32,802 nt of DNA from Armatimonadota bacterium. Its GTDB lineage: Bacteria > Armatimonadota > UBA10988. Location of the stretch: contig JACRKZ010000030.1 in assembly GCA_016235455.1 (NCBI GenBank), positions 1 to 32,802 on the forward strand, read 5' to 3'. Positions 27,835-32,802 of the stretch are shown here, piece after piece. The first letter of the stretch is position 1. Each line of letters starts with the position of its first letter. The position numbers and the translations under genes were made by a program. Under the pieces are notes generated by a model, which was not told the origin of the DNA, made no database searches, and saw only the letters and a program-made list of their open reading frames with translations.

Positions 27835-30153
27835 ATGGAGACCCGCATCTGGCTGGCGCAACCCGCCGCCGACTGGCTCGAGGGCTTGCCGATCGGCAAC
27901 GGGCGGCTGGCGGCCATGGTGCTAGGTGGCATCAAGCGCGAGCGACTGGCGCTGAACCACGAGTGGCTGTGGCGCGGCACGCACCGCGACCGCGACGTCG
28001 AGGACCGCGCGCACCTCCTGCCGGCCGTGCGCGAGGCGCTGCTGGCCGGCGATTACGACGAGGGCACGCGCCTGGGCAATGAAGCCTTCGGCGGCGACGG
28101 CGGCATCAGTGGTCGGCCCAACCGCGTCGACCCTTACCAGACGGCCGGCGACCTGTATGTCGAACTGGCGCACGGGGCCACCTCGGGCTACGAGCGTGCG
28201 CTCGACCTGGACACGGGTATCGCATCGGTCAGCTACCACACCTCGCTGCTCGGCGGCCCGGGCGCCACGGTGCGGCGGAGCGCGATGGCTCATCTCACGC
28301 GCGACCTGCTGCTGCTGCACATCGAGGCCGGCGGCGCGCCGCTGACCGGCGCGGTCAGCCTGGACCGGCTGTTCGACCCCAGCTGCGTCGTGCAGCGGCG
28401 GGTCGAGGGTGATCTGCTGACGCTGCGGGGCGACATCGCCGGCGGCGTGAGCTTCACGGTGTCCGCGCGCCTGTGCCTGACCGGTGGGCGCCTGTGCCCG
28501 GTCGACGGCAGCAAGCTGGGCTTCGCCGACGCCACCGGCGTACTCGTGGCGATCAACATCGCCGTGGCCTGGGACGGCGGCGAGCCCGTGGCCGAGGTGC
28601 CTGAGCTCACCGCGGAGGCGTGGCCGGCGCTGCGCGACGAGCACTTGGGCGCCTACCGCGAGCAGGCCGGCGGCGTGCGCTTGACCCTCAACCAGCCGGC
28701 GTCCGCCCTGCCCACCGACCAGCGGCTGCTCGGAGCCAGGGCCGGCCGGGCTGATCTGGGCCTGGCCGCCCTCTACCTCCACTACGGGCGCTACCTGCTG
28801 CACGCTTCATCCGCGCTGGGCGAGCTGCCGGCCAACCTGCAGGGCAAGTGGTGCGAGGACCTCAATCCAGCCTGGGAATGTGACCTGCACCAGGACATCA
28901 ACCTGCAGATGTGCTACTGGCTGGCCGAGGCGGGCGACCTGTCCGAGGCCACGGAGGCGCTGTTTCGCTACCTGGAGCGCGCCCTGCCCCACGCCCGCGA
29001 GGCGGCCGCCAAACTGTACGGCTGTCGCGGCATCTGGCTGCCCATCCAGACCGACCCCTGGGGTCGCAGCACACCGGAGTCCGCCGGCTGGGCGGTGTGG
29101 GTCGGCGCGGCGGCCTGGCTGGCGCAGCACTTCTGGACCCACTGGGAGTACACCCTCGACCGCACTTTCCTGCGCGAGCGGGCCTACCCCTGGCTGCGTG
29201 AGGTCGCCGCGTTCTACGAGGACTACCTGGTGACCGACGAGGATGGCTCGCTGCAGGTGGTGCCGTCCCAATCGCCGGAGAACACCTTCGAGGGTGTCGA
29301 CCCGCGCTATCCCGTGGCGCTCTGCGTCTCGGCCACCATGGACCTGGCCCTGGCCGACGAACTGCTGACGCACTGTGTGCAGGCCTCGGCTCTGCTTGGT
29401 GTCGATGCCGACCGGCGCCGGCACTGGCAGTCGATGCTGGCCGCCCTGGCGCAGCCGGGCATCGACCTGGACGGCCGACTGGCCGAGTGGGACCACGATG
29501 TGGTCGAGCGCGAGCCCGGCCATCGCCATATCTCGCACCTCTACGCGCTGTTCCCCGGCGACCAGATCACACCCGACAGCACGCCGGAGCTGTTCGCCGC
29601 GGCGCGTGCCTCGCTGGACGCGCGCATCGCCGCCCAGGACGCCCAACGCAGCGGCGACACCGGCTGGAGCCTGGCCTGGTATGCCTGCTGCTACGCCCGG
29701 TTGGGCGATGGCGACAAGGCGCTCGAGGTGTTGACCAAGCTGTTCGTCAAGTACACCACGGGCTCGCTGCTCGATCTGCACCCGCCACGCATCTTTCAGA
29801 TCGACGGCAACCTGGGCGGCGCCATGGCCATCGCCGAGATGCTGCTGCAGAGCCACGGCGGTCGGCTGCGGCTGCTGCCAGCCCTGCCGACCGCCTGGCC
29901 CGAGGGTCAGGTGCGCGGCCTGCGTGCGCGGGGCGGGCTGTCGGTCGACCTGCTGTGGCGTGCCGGCCAGCTGCTGCGCGCCACGCTGGTGGCCCATCGC
30001 GACACCGAGGTGATGTTGCACGACCCTGACGGCAGGCTGCTGCTGGCCACCGCCGACCGCAGCCAGATCTGGCCCAAACGCGAGGGCGCCTGGGTGCGCT
30101 TCGACGTCGTGCCGGGCGGCATCTACCGGGTGACGGTGGACAGCTCGCGCTAG
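27835..30153 (+). CDS. Glycoside hydrolase family 95 (alpha-1,2-L-fucosidase/L-galactosidase-like)
   Basis: [68 protein letters not shown]; GAGG RBS. Confidence 0.95.
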   Translation: METRIWLAQPAADWLEGLPIGNGRLAAMVLGGIKRERLALNHEWLWRGTHRDRDVEDRAHLLPAVREALLAGDYDEGTRLGNEAFGGDGGISGRPNRVDPYQTAGDLYVELAHGATSGYERALDLDTGIASVSYHTSLLGGPGATVRRSAMAHLTRDLLLLHIEAGGAPLTGAVSLDRLFDPSCVVQRRVEGDLLTLRGDIAGGVSFTVSARLCLTGGRLCPVDGSKLGFADATGVLVAINIAVAWDGGEPVAEVPELTAEAWPALRDEHLGAYREQAGGVRLTLNQPASALPTDQRLLGARAGRADLGLAALYLHYGRYLLHASSALGELPANLQGKWCEDLNPAWECDLHQDINLQMCYWLAEAGDLSEATEALFRYLERALPHAREAAAKLYGCRGIWLPIQTDPWGRSTPESAGWAVWVGAAAWLAQHFWTHWEYTLDRTFLRERAYPWLREVAAFYEDYLVTDEDGSLQVVPSQSPENTFEGVDPRYPVALCVSATMDLALADELLTHCVQASALLGVDADRRRHWQSMLAALAQPGIDLDGRLAEWDHDVVEREPGHRHISHLYALFPGDQITPDSTPELFAAARASLDARIAAQDAQRSGDTGWSLAWYACCYARLGDGDKALEVLTKLFVKYTTGSLLDLHPPRIFQIDGNLGGAMAIAEMLLQSHGGRLRLLPALPTAWPEGQVRGLRARGGLSVDLLWRAGQLLRATLVAHRDTEVMLHDPDGRLLLATADRSQIWPKREGAWVRFDVVPGGIYRVTVDSSR

Positions 30154-31484
30154 TCTGGCGCCAGGCTCAGGGCGGAACCAGGCCGCCACTCAACCAGCTC
30201 TGGGCCGTGCAACACCACATCCACCCGCCCACTGGCCAGCGCGGCGGCCGCCAACGGCGCTACCTCGGCTTCAGTCAGCGCCAGGCCATCGGCGATGTCC
30301 AGGCCGCAGGGCGTGCCGAGCTCAAGCAGCGCTTCGCTGGCGCCGGCATTGTGGAAGACCGCGACTCGCCGGCCAGCCGCCACCAGCGGCCGCAGCCGTT
30401 CCAGCGCCGCGCGGTGGAGCCGCGTCTGGGTCCGCGCGGCCGGCCGCGGGTTCTCGGTGACCGCCACGAAGATCGTGCCGCCGACCACCTGCAGCGCCAG
30501 CAGCCAGGCTAGCCGCGGTGCGGGCCGCGTGGCCCAGAGTCGCGCCGTACAGAGCGTGAGGACCAGGTAGAACTCGAACAGGTAGTTCCAACTCGCGCCC
30601 CGCGCGGCGCTGGTGATCGAGCCCACCAGCAGCGCCAGCCAGGCATACCAGCACCACACGTAGCAGGCGCGGCGCTGACCGCGGTCGAGCCCCCGCCACA
30701 CGTTCAGGATCCACAGCAGCCACGGCGCCGTCGTCGTGACCGTGCGGAAGGCCATCTCGAACGGGCGGAGCGGATGACTGATCGGCCGCTGCAGGCCCTG
30801 CAGGTAGACACCGTGCGTGGCCACCTGGAGCCAGCAGACCGCCGCCGCCACCACCGCCAGCCAAACGCCGAGGACGGCGAGGCCGCGTCGGCGGCGGGTC
30901 GTGGCCAGCGCCGCCGCCAGGGCCAGCGGCGCGGCCACCATACTGGCCTTGGTCAGCGTGGCGCCAGCCATGAGCAGCGCTGCGGCCAGCCCCGACCGAC
31001 GGCGTTGGCCGTAGTAGCCGAGCAGGTACCCGCCGACCGCCAGCGCGGTGGCCAGACCGTCCACGCGGCCGCGCATGGCAATCCAGAAGACGGGTCGTGT
31101 GGCGAAGGCCATGCCGGCCAGCAGCAGCACCATGTGTCCGCCGCCGTGATGCCGACGGATGGCCCAGACGCCGAGCGCCAGAACGCCCAGGGTCGGCGCC
31201 AGCGCCAGCAGCCGCATGGCCAGCCAGGGCGTGAGGCCGATACCGGTCAACGCGGCGATGAGCCAGGTGCAGACCGGGCCGTAGGGGTTGAATGGCGCCG
31301 GCGGCTGCGTGGGGTCGCCATAGGGCAGGAGGCCGTGTCGCCAGTACCAGGCCAGGTTGGCCAGTTGTACTTCGTCAAACGACTGCGCACCGCGCAGGCA
31401 CAGCATGAACGTCCAGCAGGCCACACATAGCACCGCCAACGGCGCGAAGGCCAGCGCCAGGGCGCGCGGTCCGCGGCCGCTCAC
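30150..31484 (-). CDS. Multi-pass membrane protein, probable GT-C (ArnT/PMT-like) glycosyltransferase
   Basis: DE after TM1 (SFDEV), NPYGP loop, RVD motif, TK motif and many TM segments; GTGA overlap with hisF. Confidence 0.65.
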   Translation of the reverse strand: MSGRGPRALALAFAPLAVLCVACWTFMLCLRGAQSFDEVQLANLAWYWRHGLLPYGDPTQPPAPFNPYGPVCTWLIAALTGIGLTPWLAMRLLALAPTLGVLALGVWAIRRHHGGGHMVLLLAGMAFATRPVFWIAMRGRVDGLATALAVGGYLLGYYGQRRRSGLAAALLMAGATLTKASMVAAPLALAAALATTRRRRGLAVLGVWLAVVAAAVCWLQVATHGVYLQGLQRPISHPLRPFEMAFRTVTTTAPWLLWILNVWRGLDRGQRRACYVWCWYAWLALLVGSITSAARGASWNYLFEFYLVLTLCTARLWATRPAPRLAWLLALQVVGGTIFVAVTENPRPAARTQTRLHRAALERLRPLVAAGRRVAVFHNAGASEALLELGTPCGLDIADGLALTEAEVAPLAAAALASGRVDVVLHGPELVEWRPGSALSLAPD

Positions 31485-32260
31485 CAGTCCATGCGCACTT
31501 TGACGCCCGCGTCGGCCAACTCCGACTTGATCTGGGTGCAGGTGTAGTCGCCGTAGTGCACCATGGAGGCCACGAGCGCGGCATCGGCGCGGCCCGCGTC
31601 GAGCACGTCGGCCAGGTGCGCCGGCACGCCGGCACCGCCCGAGGCGATGACCGGAATGCCCACGGCCTCGGAGACCATGCGCGTGATGGTCAGCTCATAG
31701 CCATCACGCGTGCCGTCGGCATCGATGGAGTTGAGGCAGATCTCGCCCGCGCCGAGCGATTCGGCGCGCTGCGCCCACTGCACCGCGTCCCACCCCGTGC
31801 GTGTGCGTCCGCCGCGCACGACTACTTCGTAGCCCGAGGGCGTGGCCTCGGTGGGCTCCACCTTGAGCGCATCCATGCCCAGCACGATGCACTGATTGCC
31901 AAAGGCCCGGGCGCCGTCGGCGATGATCTCCGGGTTGCTCACGGCCAGCGAGTTGACCGACACCTTGTCGGCTCCGGCTAGCAGCGCGCGGCGCATGTCC
32001 TCGACCCCGCGGATGCCGCCGCCGACGGAGAACGGGATGAACACCTCGCGTGCCACGTCCTCGACCATGCCGATATCGATGGGCCTGCCCTCGGCCGAGG
32101 CGGTGATGTCGTAGAAGACCAGCTCATCGGCGCCCGTCTCGGAGTAGAGTCGGCCCAACTCGACGGGGTCGCCAATGTCCACGTTGCCCTGGAACCGGAT
32201 GCCCTTGGTGACCTTGCGGTCGCGCACGTCCAGGCAGATGATGAGGCGTTTGCTCAGCAT
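31481..32260 (-). CDS. hisF: Imidazole glycerol phosphate synthase cyclase subunit
   Basis: [59 protein letters not shown]. Confidence 0.98.
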   Translation of the reverse strand: MLSKRLIICLDVRDRKVTKGIRFQGNVDIGDPVELGRLYSETGADELVFYDITASAEGRPIDIGMVEDVAREVFIPFSVGGGIRGVEDMRRALLAGADKVSVNSLAVSNPEIIADGARAFGNQCIVLGMDALKVEPTEATPSGYEVVVRGGRTRTGWDAVQWAQRAESLGAGEICLNSIDADGTRDGYELTITRMVSEAVGIPVIASGGAGVPAHLADVLDAGRADAALVASMVHYGDYTCTQIKSELADAGVKVRMDW

Positions 32261-32802
32261 GGCTTGCCATCCCAACGCAGGAAGTTGGCCAGCAGCGCCA
32301 GCCCCGCACGCCCGCTCTTCTCGGGGTGGAATTGCATCGAAACCAGGTTGTCGCGGCCGACCACCGCGGCGAACTCGACACCCTCGTACTCCGTGCGGGC
32401 CAGCACCACGGCATCGTCGGCAGGCACGGGGTAGTAGGAGTGCACGAAATAGCATTCGCGGCCAGTGCCCACGCCGTCGAAGACGGGATGGTCGCGCACG
32501 ATGTTGACCGCGTTCCAGCCCATCTGCGGGATCTTCACATGCCGGTCGGCCGCGAACTCGAAACGCACCACCTGGCCGGGCAGCACGCCCAGGCACGGTG
32601 TGCCGCCATCTTCGGCCGAGTGGTCGAAGATGAGCTGATGGGCGATGCAGATGCCCAGCACCGGCCGTCCGTCGGCCACCGCCGCGCGTAGCGGCGCCTC
32701 CAGGCCGAGCCGCCGCAGATTGGCCATGGCCGAGCCCGCGGCGCCCTGGCCTGGAAAGATGACCCGATCGGCCGCCGCCACCACCGCGGGATCCTGGGTC
32801 AC
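32254..32802 (-). CDS. hisH: Imidazole glycerol phosphate synthase glutamine amidotransferase subunit (5' truncated by window edge)
   Basis: IFPGQG, LGIC nucleophile, [21 protein letters not shown]; overlaps the hisF start. Confidence 0.97.
   Translation of the reverse strand: MTQDPAVVAAADRVIFPGQGAAGSAMANLRRLGLEAPLRAAVADGRPVLGICIAHQLIFDHSAEDGGTPCLGVLPGQVVRFEFAADRHVKIPQMGWNAVNIVRDHPVFDGVGTGRECYFVHSYYPVPADDAVVLARTEYEGVEFAAVVGRDNLVSMQFHPEKSGRAGLALLANFLRWDGKPC

Noticed and set aside
18000-30022. Scattered TGTTGCACG half-sites (near 18000, 22243, 26251, 30015)
   Set aside because: Half-sites only, explained by Leu-His codons inside genes

Overview
High-GC bacterial chromosomal window. The lineage is probably Armatimonadota, inferred from the [14 protein letters not shown]-type DUF1559 prepilin proteins. 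The left end carries an origin-type housekeeping cluster (rpmH-rnpA-yidD-yidC-jag-parA-parB-DUF167) with two parS sites, but no adjacent dnaA and no mnmE/mnmG/rsmG. Next come an ECF sigma / zinc anti-sigma / PDZ-protein operon, a secreted alpha/beta hydrolase, and three tandem DUF1559 (prepilin N-terminus + H-X9-DG) genes, each with its own promoter and terminator. Two of these three have nested in-frame deletions ending at the same base. Then follow a 1356-aa secreted NPCBM + HzsA-like + 2xCxxCH + FGE-fold protein and several sugar-catabolism genes (GH28-like, Gfo/Idh/MocA, SMP-30 propeller, FAD oxidoreductase, GH95). The window ends with a GT-C-like membrane protein and hisF-hisH. The most novel element is a tandem array (20354-26393) of five paralogous membrane proteins I do not recognise. 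They share a [TM-TM-PH-like]x2 architecture, variable TM segments, and conserved terminal motifs (R-[QN]-[WF]-H-x-Q and VPxxALSxAxL-x4-[ED]R[GA]LS). Four clean internal deletions in the window could be real or assembly artefacts. All family assignments come from motif recognition, not database searches.
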